From positions 8,133-72,132 of the forward strand of contig CAYIEN010000002.1 in assembly GCA_964362535.1 (NCBI GenBank): a stretch of DNA of 64,000 bases, written 5' to 3'. Positions within the stretch are counted from its first letter, which is position 1; every line of letters begins with the position of its first letter. Below are positions 1 to 7,812 of the stretch, in pieces. The translations under genes and the position numbers were made by a program. The notes beneath the pieces are model-generated. The model was given only the letters and a program-made list of their open reading frames with translations. It was not told where the DNA came from and ran no database searches. Source of the stretch: an uncultured Methanosarcinales archaeon (GTDB lineage Archaea > Nanobdellota > Nanobdellia > Woesearchaeales > ARS49).

Positions 1-102
1 AGAACTCCTGAGTTTTGGGCGTTTGGCTACATCACGATTCCGGTGATGGCGTTGTCAGCGTTTATTCTGATTTTGTTCGGGCTCTGGGCCGCGAGAAAGT
101 AA
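1..102 (+). CDS. 3' end of a membrane protein gene truncated by the window edge
   Basis: Open frame from nt 1 to TAA at 100-102 (RTPEFWAFGYITIPVMALSAFILILFGLWAARK*). It ends in a TM-like segment plus a basic tail, and the stop abuts the next ATG. Confidence 0.35.
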   Translation, partial: RTPEFWAFGYITIPVMALSAFILILFGLWAARK

Positions 103-342
103 ATGGCAGGCATGGAAGGCATCCTGATGGGTTTTGCCTGGCTGAACTTTTTTATTTTGATTCTTGGCGTGTTGTTGCTAGTCGGTATTTTACTCGGCTT
201 TATTTTTTGGATTGCGATGATTATTGATTGCGCGAAGAGAAATCTGTCTGCCGGCGAGAAGGTTGCGTGGATACTCGTGATTATTTTGTTGCATGATATT
301 GGCGCAGCGATTTACTATTTTGCTGTTAAAAGAAAGAAGTAA
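103..342 (+). CDS. small membrane protein, PLDc_N-like (PLD nuclease / cardiolipin synthase N-terminal family)
   Basis: 79-aa ORF with two TM helices and the tail KVAWILVIILLHDIGAAIYYF, which resembles the PLDc_N small-protein family. Confidence 0.5.
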   Translation: MAGMEGILMGFAWLNFFILILGVLLLVGILLGFIFWIAMIIDCAKRNLSAGEKVAWILVIILLHDIGAAIYYFAVKRKK

Positions 343-1905
343 TTACAATCCAAGACTTTCTATCAGTGCGTTTGCGTCGAAGGGTTTCAAATCGTCGTAT
401 TCTTGACCGGTTCCTAAGTACAAAATGGGTTTCTTGGTGACGTATGAAACGGAGATTGCGGCTCCGCCCTTCTCATCGATGTCTGCTTTGGAAAGAATGA
501 TGCCGTTGATGCCGACTGCTTCGTTGAATTGTTTTGCTTGTTCGACGCAGTCATTACCCGTAATTGATTCGCCGATGAACAAGATGCAGTCGGGCTTCGA
601 GACGCGTACGATCTTTTTCATTTCGTCAACGAGGTTTGCGTTGCTGTGCAAGCGTCCGGCAGTGTCAATCAAAACAATGTCTTTTTTGGCGGCTTCGGCG
701 TGTTTGATTGCGTCGAAAGCTACTGCTGCAGGATCAGAGCCGTAGTCGTGCTTGATTAAGCGTACGTTGAGCTTGTCCGCGTGGAGTTGAAGTTGGTCGA
801 TGGCGGCTGCTCGGAACGTGTCTGCGGCTGCCATGACGACTGAGAGACCATTTGTTTGGAGCATGTGGGTGAATTTGGCGATGGTGGTTGTTTTTCCCGA
901 ACCATTTATGCCGACGAAGCAGATGACGTAGGGTTTTTTCTTTTTTGCTTCGTTAAGAATGTTAATTGTGGGCACGTCAAAGAGTTCTTTGATGGTAGTT
1001 TTCAACGTCGAAAGTATTTTTGTTTCGACTTGTCCGCGGGGGATGGGTTGGTTGACTAATGCAAGTTTCAGGTCGTCTTTGATTTTGTTGACGACTTCGA
1101 CGGCGACGTTGTTTTCGAGCAATACGACTTCAATGTCCCAGAAGAGGTCTTCGAATTGGGTTTCCGAGATTTTCTTAGTAGTGATTGCTTCTTTCATGCG
1201 GGCGAAGAAGCCTTTCTTTTCGACAATGGGTTCTGCTTCAGGTTCCTCTTCAGTTTCGTCTTCTGTTGTTTCTTCTTCAGTAGTTTCTGCTTCTTCGAGT
1301 TCTTCTGTGTCTTTTTCTTCTTCGGCTTCGTCGTCAGAAATGTGTTTTAATCGTTCTTGTATTTTTGCAGGGGTGTATTCTTCGGGTGCTTCAGTTTTCT
1401 TTTCAACTTTCGGAGTTTCGGGTTCGATGGGTTCGAAGACTTTGTCAATGATGGGTTGTTCGCTTTCAATGTGGTCGTGGATTCTGATTTTTTTGAGGGG
1501 CGAACCTTCGACTTCGATTTCGTTTTCTTCCACGACGACTTCTTCTGGCGGTGTGGCGAATTCGACGGGTGGTTTTTCAACGTGTTCTTCGAGAATTTCG
1601 ACTTCTTCTTTTTTGGTAAAGACTCCTTTGAGTTTTGAGAAGAAGCCTTGCTTTTCAGGTTCTTTTTCAATGGTGATTTTGGGAATTTCTTTAACAACTT
1701 CGGGTTCTTCAGCAGGAGTTTCTTTTTTGGGTTTTGTTTTCTTTTCCGTTTTTTTGACAGTCTTTTCTTTCTTGGCTTTTGCAACAGGTTTTTCTTCCGG
1801 AACGTCGACTTCCTGTTCAATTACTTCTTCTGTTGCAACTTCTTCTGCTTTCTTAGAGAACGAGGAAAGTGCTCCTTTGAGCTTGTCTTTCAAGAACTTG
1901 AACAT
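343..1905 (-). CDS. ftsY: signal recognition particle receptor FtsY
   Basis: C-terminal NG domain with GINGSGKTTT, DTAGR and SKAD GTPase motifs. The track ORF runs to 2058 but overlaps the prefoldin gene. The ATG at 1905 (MFKFLKDKLKG) lies 1 nt after the prefoldin stop and gives 520 aa. Confidence 0.9.
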   Translation of the reverse strand: MFKFLKDKLKGALSSFSKKAEEVATEEVIEQEVDVPEEKPVAKAKKEKTVKKTEKKTKPKKETPAEEPEVVKEIPKITIEKEPEKQGFFSKLKGVFTKKEEVEILEEHVEKPPVEFATPPEEVVVEENEIEVEGSPLKKIRIHDHIESEQPIIDKVFEPIEPETPKVEKKTEAPEEYTPAKIQERLKHISDDEAEEEKDTEELEEAETTEEETTEDETEEEPEAEPIVEKKGFFARMKEAITTKKISETQFEDLFWDIEVVLLENNVAVEVVNKIKDDLKLALVNQPIPRGQVETKILSTLKTTIKELFDVPTINILNEAKKKKPYVICFVGINGSGKTTTIAKFTHMLQTNGLSVVMAAADTFRAAAIDQLQLHADKLNVRLIKHDYGSDPAAVAFDAIKHAEAAKKDIVLIDTAGRLHSNANLVDEMKKIVRVSKPDCILFIGESITGNDCVEQAKQFNEAVGINGIILSKADIDEKGGAAISVSYVTKKPILYLGTGQEYDDLKPFDANALIESLGL

Positions 1906-1906
1906 T

Positions 1907-2314
1907 TTACTCCACGAGCTTTTGGAGCTCTTCTTCTGATTTGTGCGCGTGCGCGACCATGCTTTGCAGTTGTTCGGCGAGCTGGCTTTGGAGTGCCCGG
2001 AGTTCGACTGCTTGGGTGCTGATGAGCTTTCGTACTTCGGGAATGGAGCGGGGAACATTTACGTGCGCTCCAACATTAACGAGGAGTGTGCTGGTGTCTT
2101 GGATGTGTCCTTTGACAAAGATGCCGTTTGCGATGGGGACGAGGATTTCGGTTCCTGCTTTGACGGTGCCGATTTCATCAAGGCTTTTGAGGGTTTCGTC
2201 AAGGCTGTCTGCCTGTTGTTCGAGTGCTTCGGCTTGTTGTTGGATTTGCTGCATTTGTTGTCCGAGCGCTTGCAGGGCAAGATACTTCTTTTGGACTTCT
2301 TGTTCGTCAACCAT
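1907..2314 (-). CDS. pfdA: prefoldin alpha subunit
   Basis: 135 aa with coiled-coil ends and a central double beta-hairpin region (ILVPIANGIFVKGHIQDTSTLLVNVGAHVNVPRSIPEV). The pfdA-ftsY linkage is conserved in archaea. A TTTAAATA box lies about 26 nt upstream. Confidence 0.8.
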   Translation of the reverse strand: MVDEQEVQKKYLALQALGQQMQQIQQQAEALEQQADSLDETLKSLDEIGTVKAGTEILVPIANGIFVKGHIQDTSTLLVNVGAHVNVPRSIPEVRKLISTQAVELRALQSQLAEQLQSMVAHAHKSEEELQKLVE

Positions 2315-2427
2315 GAAGGGAATGGCTATTTGGCGTTATTTAAAGCTTATGTCTGAGGTGAGTAGCAAAACATTTAAATAGCTCCCATCGGGAAATCGGA
2401 TTATTAACCGATTTTCGGGGTGTAGCT

Positions 2428-2682
2428 ATGATGATGGACGAAACAAGAGCATTTGAAGGCCAGAGCCGACCGCTTGACGCGTTGAATAAAGCGCGCAAGA
2501 AGAAGGTTATGGTTGAAGCAAAGGGCGGCAAGCAGTATGTTGGCTTGTTGAACGCATTTGACATTCACATTAACGTTGTTCTCGATAACGCTGAAGAAAT
2601 GGAAAACGGCCAAGTGAAGAGAAAGCTCGGCACCGTGTTTTTGCGTGGCGACAACATTATTTTGATCTCTCCGGCGGCATAA
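2428..2682 (+). CDS. Sm-like (LSm) archaeal RNA-binding protein
   Basis: Sm1/Sm2 motifs ([24 protein letters not shown] ... [13 protein letters not shown]). It is followed immediately by L37e, the conserved archaeal Sm-L37e gene pair. Confidence 0.85.
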   Translation: MMMDETRAFEGQSRPLDALNKARKKKVMVEAKGGKQYVGLLNAFDIHINVVLDNAEEMENGQVKRKLGTVFLRGDNIILISPAA

Positions 2683-2683
2683 T

Positions 2684-2851
2684 ATGAAAGGCACATATTC
2701 GATGGGTAAGAGAAGCAAGGGCAAGTCGCACATAATTTGCAGACGTTGCGGACGCCACTCGTACCATACGCGAAAGAAAGCTTGTTCAAGCTGCGGTTTC
2801 GGTAAGTCCAAGCGATTGCGATCATACGCTTGGAAGAACCCGATCAAGTAA
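2684..2851 (+). CDS. rpl37e: 50S ribosomal protein L37e
   Basis: Absent from the ORF track because it is under 60 aa. Hand translation gives [55 protein letters not shown], with a C4 zinc ribbon typical of L37e. It starts 2 nt after the Sm stop. Confidence 0.9.
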   Translation: MKGTYSMGKRSKGKSHIICRRCGRHSYHTRKKACSSCGFGKSKRLRSYAWKNPIK

Positions 2852-2856
2852 TTGTT

Positions 2857-3099
2857 ATGACTTCTGACCGTTCGTTGGACGCAGACCTTGTTGCTGAGCA
2901 GATTAACGCTCGTCGTGGATGGTCTCGGGAGCAGATTGAGGAGGAAAGTATGCTGAATCATTTCACCGCACGTCCTCAAGACATCAATCCCCTTAATCCT
3001 GCGCACGAGAAATATGTGGGATTGATTCCGAAACTGTCTTCGGTCAGCGGCTCTCCATCAATAGAGCAGTTTGATGACCACAACTATTGCGATTTCTAA
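2857..3099 (+). CDS. hypothetical protein (80 aa)
   Basis: The track ORF 2830..3099 overlaps the L37e end. The internal ATG at 2857 (MTSDRSLDADL...) avoids the overlap. I recognise no family. Confidence 0.4.
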   Translation: MTSDRSLDADLVAEQINARRGWSREQIEEESMLNHFTARPQDINPLNPAHEKYVGLIPKLSSVSGSPSIEQFDDHNYCDF

Positions 3100-3178
3100 T
3101 AGTTATTTTCTAAAATAGATATTGCAATACTTTCCGCCGTCGATAAGTTCAATTTTCTTTAGGCGTTTTAGTGGTGTT

Positions 3179-3267
3179 GGCAACCTTCGCAGCGCGACGG
3201 CTGATGCCTACTCGCCACCCCGATGGGGCGTCCCCCGGCTCGCCGCGCGCGAGGTTGCCGTTTTTTT
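3179..3267 (+). ncRNA. candidate GC-rich structured small RNA (unknown class)
   Basis: An 81-nt GC-rich island closed by an 8-bp helix (GGCAACCT 3179-3186 / AGGTTGCC 3252-3259). It has internal hairpins (GCGAcGGC-TGAT-GCCtacTCGC; CCCC-GAT-GGGG) and is followed directly by T7 (3261-3267). It does not fold as a tRNA. Confidence 0.3.
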
Positions 3268-3357
3268 GATTTTTCGCTCTTGGGAGTGCTATATATACTG
3301 TCAAAGAAGTGGCAAAATAGTAACTCTCTTAAACAAAAAGGTTCTTCCAAGTCTTGC

Positions 3358-3440
3358 GCGGAGGTACCGAAGCGGTCAAACGGGCGCGGCTTAGGACCGC
3401 GTGGCTCAGGCCTTCGCAGGTTCGAATCCTGCTCTCCGCA
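3358..3440 (+). tRNA. tRNA-Leu (anticodon UAG), class II with long variable arm
   Basis: Hand-folded cloverleaf: acceptor GCGGAGG/TCTCCGC (one G-U), D stem CCG/CGG, anticodon stem CGCGG/CCGCG with loop CTTAGGA, 14-nt variable arm, T arm GCAGG-TTCGAAT-CCTGC, discriminator A. No encoded CCA. T6 at 3444-3449. Confidence 0.9.
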
Positions 3441-3687
3441 TCCTTTTTTCCATTCTTTTTGGATTGAGTTTCACTCACAAAATGACCTTTTGTATGGACT
3501 TCTCATCCATACCATTAGGGAGTGGCACTGCCCCAAAAGTGAGTTTAAAGCAGTTATGGAGGGCTATTGTCAAAAATAGCCATTTCCTATATGCTTTACT
3601 TGCGAAAACCTTATAAACGTTCCAGAAGCCAATAGGTGTAGCTGAAGTTGGAGTCTTCTCCAACTGACGTTAAAAAAAGAGAGGAAT

Positions 3688-3754
3688 CCATACTTTTGAA
3701 AGTATGGGTTCTCGCCACAAGAGGTATAAATGCACGGTGAAGGACGTCACGTCC
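3688..3754 (+). promoter_or_regulatory. S-layer gene promoter region: 20-bp palindrome, TATA box, 13-bp palindrome at the predicted TSS
   Basis: CCATACTTTTGAAAGTATGG (3688-3707), GTATAAAT (3724-3731) and GGACGTCACGTCC (3742-3754). A strong SD GGAGGTG (3792-3798) lies 5 nt before the ATG at 3804. Confidence 0.4.
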
Positions 3755-3803
3755 TAAGTGCCTTTAGCCATAAAGATACCAGAGTAAACACGGAGGTGTT
3801 TAA

Positions 3804-6221
3804 ATGAAAGCAATAAATACCAAGAAGATCGTCGCCTTGACCGCTGGCGCAGCCATGGTCGGAGCAACTATCTTCGGTGCAGTAGCAGCAGGCCTCGAAT
3901 CGTACCCGGCCCCGTTCATCACGGACGGAACCTTTAGTGGTGCGATCGTTGTCGGCGAACTTGCCAAATCCACGGACGTTGTTGGTTCTATCGAACTCGC
4001 AGCAGGATTGCAAGCAGCAGCAGTAAAGAAGACCCCGGTCGTCGTGGGTACTGGCTCGTCCGTCATTGACAAAGGAATCAAGATTGACAAGACAGGAACA
4101 CACGTAGGTTTGGGTCGATTCTTGCAGTTCGTTCAGGACACACCTTTGGATGAATCCGATCTTCCGAACTTGCTTGCAGAAGGCAGCATTGACGAAGATG
4201 AAGGAGCAACCAAGAACACGCTTGGCTACAGCCAAGATGTCCGTTTGTATTCGAACAGCGGTCAGGTTATCTTTACACAAGATGACGATGACGCTCCGAC
4301 TGCCGGCGCGTACTTGTACTTTGCAGACAATGCAAACATGTACAACTACTCGTTGGACTTGGACGAAGACTGGGACTATGATAACACGTCCGCGGCAACG
4401 ATTGATGCAGACTTCAACACAGCAAAGATTAACATGCTGGGTAAGGAGTACACCATCACGAACGTCAAGTCAGTCAGTACGACGAACTCCAACCTCGACA
4501 AGATCACCTTGTTGGCAGGAGACACAACTCGATGGATGACACAGGACGAACCTTTGACTCGTGAAATCGCAGGCGGCAAACACACGTTTGTTCTTGCAGA
4601 CGTCAACGAAGACGAAGACAAGTGTGGCATCAGTGTCGACGGAACGATCCAATGGGTCGATGTCGGACAGACCAAGACGGTCAACGGCATCCAAATTGGC
4701 GTAACTGACGCAATTGTTGTCCACAGCGCAGGCAAGGACACCGACGTTTGTGAAGTAAACCTCGGCGCAACCGAACTTGAACTTGAAAACAACAACAACG
4801 TTAAGTTGAACGGTGTTGACATCGACGGTACGACGGTTGAAATTGTTGGAGACGTAAACTCGTTCCAGCGATTGAACATTGTCTACGAGCCTGATGACAA
4901 CATCTATCTCGCAAAGGGCGAACACCACAACGAACCTGTCTTCGACGCGTTCACCTTCTACTTTGAAGGATTGACCACGGAAAAGTCGGAAACCATCGAC
5001 TTGCAGGCAACTGGCAACTCGGCGAAGTTGACGTTCTGGAACAATGACAACAAGGAAATCAATGTTGAATGGGACAAAAACACAACGGATCTTATCACGT
5101 TGGGTACGTCCAGCAACCTCGATGACCGCTTGTATCTTGAAGGCCAAGCATGTGTTTTCGGAACGAACGCAATTACGGTGTGTGAGGGATCAGAATTTTT
5201 CCTCGTCACCTCTGGCGGCGAAGCACACGTCATCGAAATCTTGGATTTCGACACGGCGGACAACAAGATTCAGTTGAAGGACAAGACCTACGGCAGCACG
5301 TCGGAAGACGACTTTGACGAAGCGTCAAACTCGTCGCAGACGGTTGACTTGGGCTCTGGCGCGGGTTCGGTTAGCTTGACGGTAACCAATGGCGGCTTAG
5401 GAAACACCTCGCTTCCGGGAAACTTGACGTTTACCGAAATCTCGGGAAACAGCAACATTGCCGAAACCAGCTTGAACGACGTCGGTGGAGTAACCTTGTT
5501 GTCTTTTAACTTGACTTTTGGTCAAGTTCAGGGCACAGCGTTTACCTTGACGGAAGAAAACGATGACGGCTACGGTGGCGTTGTAATGAGACAGAACTTG
5601 TCGGTTGACACTGGCAGCGATGACGACATCAACGTTCTCGCACCGGTTGCAACTACAGGCGCGTTCCACGCATCCGCAGTGCAGGCCAGCGATAGTGACG
5701 ACAACAATGTCTGGTACGTCACCAACTGGTCAACCCAGGTCTGGTACGACTCTGAAGACGCAGACTTTGCAACCTACACGTATCCGGACGAATACCGATA
5801 CGGTCAGGCCTTTGTCGGCGAAACAGAAGCGAAGATCACCGCAAGCGGCGGATCGGTTGAGAGCGTCGAAGTTCAGCAAATCCCTGTTGGAAGCGCAAAG
5901 CTTGACAAGGACATTGCGGACTGGGAAGCTCAGAACTTGATCGTCGTTGGCGGTCCGTGTGCAAACACAATCGCGGCTGCCTTGATGGGCAACCCGACCG
6001 ACTGTACCGCGGGCTTCAAGGAAGGAGAGGGTATCATCAAGTTGTACACCGCAAGCACTGGCAAGGTCTCCTTGCTCGCAGCGGGATACAGCGGATTGGA
6101 CACTCGCCGAGTGACCCGAGTTCTTGCAAGTTACAAGGACTACGCTTCCACCCTCAAGGGTACGGAAGTTAAGGTCAAGGGCACCACCTTGAGCGACATC
6201 AGCGTCGAAGCTGTTGCGTAA
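3804..6221 (+). CDS. S-layer protein (S_layer_N / S_layer_C type)
   Basis: Signal peptide MKAINTKKIVALTAGAAMVGATIFGAVAAG. N-terminal AIVVGELAKSTDVVGSIELAAGL and C-terminal NLIVVGGPCANTIAAAL motifs resemble methanogen-type S-layer proteins. The protein is acidic and T/D/N-rich, with a strong SD and a long oligo-T terminator. Confidence 0.7.
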   Translation: MKAINTKKIVALTAGAAMVGATIFGAVAAGLESYPAPFITDGTFSGAIVVGELAKSTDVVGSIELAAGLQAAAVKKTPVVVGTGSSVIDKGIKIDKTGTHVGLGRFLQFVQDTPLDESDLPNLLAEGSIDEDEGATKNTLGYSQDVRLYSNSGQVIFTQDDDDAPTAGAYLYFADNANMYNYSLDLDEDWDYDNTSAATIDADFNTAKINMLGKEYTITNVKSVSTTNSNLDKITLLAGDTTRWMTQDEPLTREIAGGKHTFVLADVNEDEDKCGISVDGTIQWVDVGQTKTVNGIQIGVTDAIVVHSAGKDTDVCEVNLGATELELENNNNVKLNGVDIDGTTVEIVGDVNSFQRLNIVYEPDDNIYLAKGEHHNEPVFDAFTFYFEGLTTEKSETIDLQATGNSAKLTFWNNDNKEINVEWDKNTTDLITLGTSSNLDDRLYLEGQACVFGTNAITVCEGSEFFLVTSGGEAHVIEILDFDTADNKIQLKDKTYGSTSEDDFDEASNSSQTVDLGSGAGSVSLTVTNGGLGNTSLPGNLTFTEISGNSNIAETSLNDVGGVTLLSFNLTFGQVQGTAFTLTEENDDGYGGVVMRQNLSVDTGSDDDINVLAPVATTGAFHASAVQASDSDDNNVWYVTNWSTQVWYDSEDADFATYTYPDEYRYGQAFVGETEAKITASGGSVESVEVQQIPVGSAKLDKDIADWEAQNLIVVGGPCANTIAAALMGNPTDCTAGFKEGEGIIKLYTASTGKVSLLAAGYSGLDTRRVTRVLASYKDYASTLKGTEVKVKGTTLSDISVEAVA

Positions 6222-6232
6222 GAACTAACAAC

Positions 6233-6266
6233 TTTTTTTCTTTTTTTTTTAATTTTCTTTTTACTC
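6233..6266 (+). terminator. oligo-T terminator of the S-layer gene
   Basis: T7-C-T10 followed by AATTTTCTTTTT, starting 12 nt after the stop codon. Confidence 0.5.
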
Positions 6267-6317
6267 TTTATCAATTTCAATGTGACTTGCTCTAGCTTTC
6301 TTTTTCACGGGGGGGGG

Positions 6318-6452
6318 ATGAGAAAAAATATTGAATGGCAACGCGAATTGTCGTTGCCGTGTCCCTCCATGTTTGCCGTCGCGCCGGTTTCTGTGTCCCC
6401 TGTAGTCTTTGAGTCGGCGTTTAGTACTGCGCTAGCGCCAAAAACTGACTAA
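6318..6452 (+). other. candidate 44-codon micro-ORF or intergenic element containing a repeated 15-mer
   Basis: The ATG follows a G9 run directly. It encodes MRKNIEWQRELSLPCPSMFAVAPVSVSPVVFESAFSTALAPKTD*. A related frame (CPRTSAFHVVAAPVVFESL*) exists at 29443-29505. Confidence 0.2.
6402..6416 (+). repeat. intergenic 15-mer GTAGTCTTTGAGTCG, copy 1
   Basis: Identical 15-mer at 29485-29499. Both copies lie 85-95 nt upstream of a plus-strand gene start, and both are preceded by GTGTCC 40-43 nt upstream. Confidence 0.5.
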
Positions 6453-6510
6453 ACAATACAACACAGAAATACATATAAACAATCACGGCAGAGAATTGAT
6501 TGGGGAGTGT

Positions 6511-7311
6511 ATGGAAAACGATGTTGCATTGACGTATGAGAAGCTGTACGAGCTTCTACGTCGTGAAAAAGGAAAAGAAGACCTGCAGCTATTAGATAAC
6601 GTTTTTTTCTTACAGGTTGTTGCGTATTTGCGCGAGAAGGACACTACGTACAGCATGAGCTTGACGAAGAACGATGTCTTTAGCATGAATGAGCGTCAAA
6701 GACTCCAAACAGAACTGCATAACATTCACCGTTTGGTAAAAGAACTCTATGAGCGCAGAGAAAAGAAAATTCTTGAGATGGCATTGAACAGAAGTCGTAC
6801 GAGCGCGAACATTATCGACACGACTAGTCTCCTTCCTGAAGAGCGCGCGATGTTTGACCAGTTGGTTTCCAACATGGATCATTTCAGAGTTGGTGTTTTG
6901 CAAAACATTTTGACGCTGAAAGATCCGTCAGTATCAATCACGACATTGCCGTTGCGTTTGTTCAACGAGCCAACAATTCCTCGAGGAGAAGCGCCGAAGA
7001 AAGTAGTTATTGAGCACCCGAGTTTTGTTCCGCCGACGGCAGTGACGCCTACTCCTGCTATTGCTCCGACGATAACTGCGCCTGTTGTTTCTGTTTCATC
7101 GTCTGGTGCTTCCGTTTCAGCAGCTGCGCAGTCAGCATCGACGCACATCAATGCAAATCAGTTGAATGTGCGTTTTATTCAGGAGGTTCCGCAGGTTGTT
7201 GATTCTGATATGGCGACGTTCGGTCCGTTCAACGCGAATGACACGGCAATTATTCCTCGCGAGATTGCAGAAATCTGGATTGAGCAGGGCGCGTGTGTTG
7301 AGCAGAAATAG
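6511..7311 (+). CDS. DNA replication complex GINS subunit (Gins51/Gins15-like)
   Basis: Helical A domain (LTYEKLYELLRREK..., RREKKILEMAL), a P/T/A/S-rich linker, and a small C-terminal B domain (MATFGPFNANDTAIIPREIAEIWIEQGA) match the archaeal Gins51 architecture. ATG at 6511 with GGGGAG upstream; the track start at 6496 is TTG. Confidence 0.55.
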   Translation: MENDVALTYEKLYELLRREKGKEDLQLLDNVFFLQVVAYLREKDTTYSMSLTKNDVFSMNERQRLQTELHNIHRLVKELYERREKKILEMALNRSRTSANIIDTTSLLPEERAMFDQLVSNMDHFRVGVLQNILTLKDPSVSITTLPLRLFNEPTIPRGEAPKKVVIEHPSFVPPTAVTPTPAIAPTITAPVVSVSSSGASVSAAAQSASTHINANQLNVRFIQEVPQVVDSDMATFGPFNANDTAIIPREIAEIWIEQGACVEQK

Positions 7312-7347
7312 TTTAGTTTTTATATTCTAAGTGATATTGTTTTTGTT

Positions 7348-7764
7348 ATGATTCGTAACTTCATGTTGTTGAGTTTACTTTTTCTTGCAGCATGCACGTC
7401 TGTGCCGAATGTGCAAACTGACGCGTCAGGATTTCAAGATCTCACTCCTGCTGAAGCGAAAGAACTTCTTGCACAAAAAGAAGAGTTGGGCTTGTTCGTT
7501 CTGAACACGCATACTCCGTACGAGGGCGCAATTGAGAATACGGACGCAGTAATTGAGGATTGGGAAAACATTGCGAATCATCTTGACCAGCTTCCGGCGG
7601 ACAAGAATACGCCGATTCTTGCGTACTGTCGTTCAGGAAGAATGAGTTTGGCAGCGATAGAGCAGCTCAAATCGTTGGGCTACACGAATTTGTATAACTT
7701 GAAGGGTGGTATGATTGCGTGGGACAAAGCAGGATATCAAGTTTTCAATAAGACGTTTGAGTGA
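7348..7764 (+). CDS. rhodanese-domain sulfurtransferase, lipoprotein
   Basis: Lipobox LFLAAC. Rhodanese active-site loop CRSGRMS and LKGGMIAWDKAGY. Confidence 0.8.
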   Translation: MIRNFMLLSLLFLAACTSVPNVQTDASGFQDLTPAEAKELLAQKEELGLFVLNTHTPYEGAIENTDAVIEDWENIANHLDQLPADKNTPILAYCRSGRMSLAAIEQLKSLGYTNLYNLKGGMIAWDKAGYQVFNKTFE

Positions 7765-7782
7765 TTATTTCTTACCATAACC

Positions 7783-7790
7783 TTTATAAA
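7783..7790 (+). promoter_or_regulatory. TATA box (TTTATAAA) of the L44e gene
   Basis: Its centre is 26.5 nt upstream of the ATG at 7813, the spacing seen at many genes in this window. This implies a leaderless mRNA. Confidence 0.5.
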
Positions 7791-7812
7791 CCACCCTTCA
7801 GCACTTCGTAGT

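Noticed and set aside
425-2058. Multiple overlapping ORFs in both strands across the FtsY gene (e.g. 959..1939 +, 1347..1820 -, 1648..2022 +)
   Set aside because: They are generated by the K/E-rich low-complexity coding repeat of FtsY. Their products are poly-S/F or poly-K strings, whereas the FtsY frame carries GTPase motifs.
2340-3006. Minus-strand ORFs 2340..2564, 2404..3006 and 2565..2825
   Set aside because: They are antisense to the clearly identified Sm and L37e genes and have no motifs.
3122-3579. Plus-strand ORFs 3122..3394 and 3223..3579, and minus-strand ORF 3168..3350
   Set aside because: They run through the tRNA-Leu gene and the GC-rich hairpin element. Their open frames are a by-product of GC-rich RNA-coding sequence.
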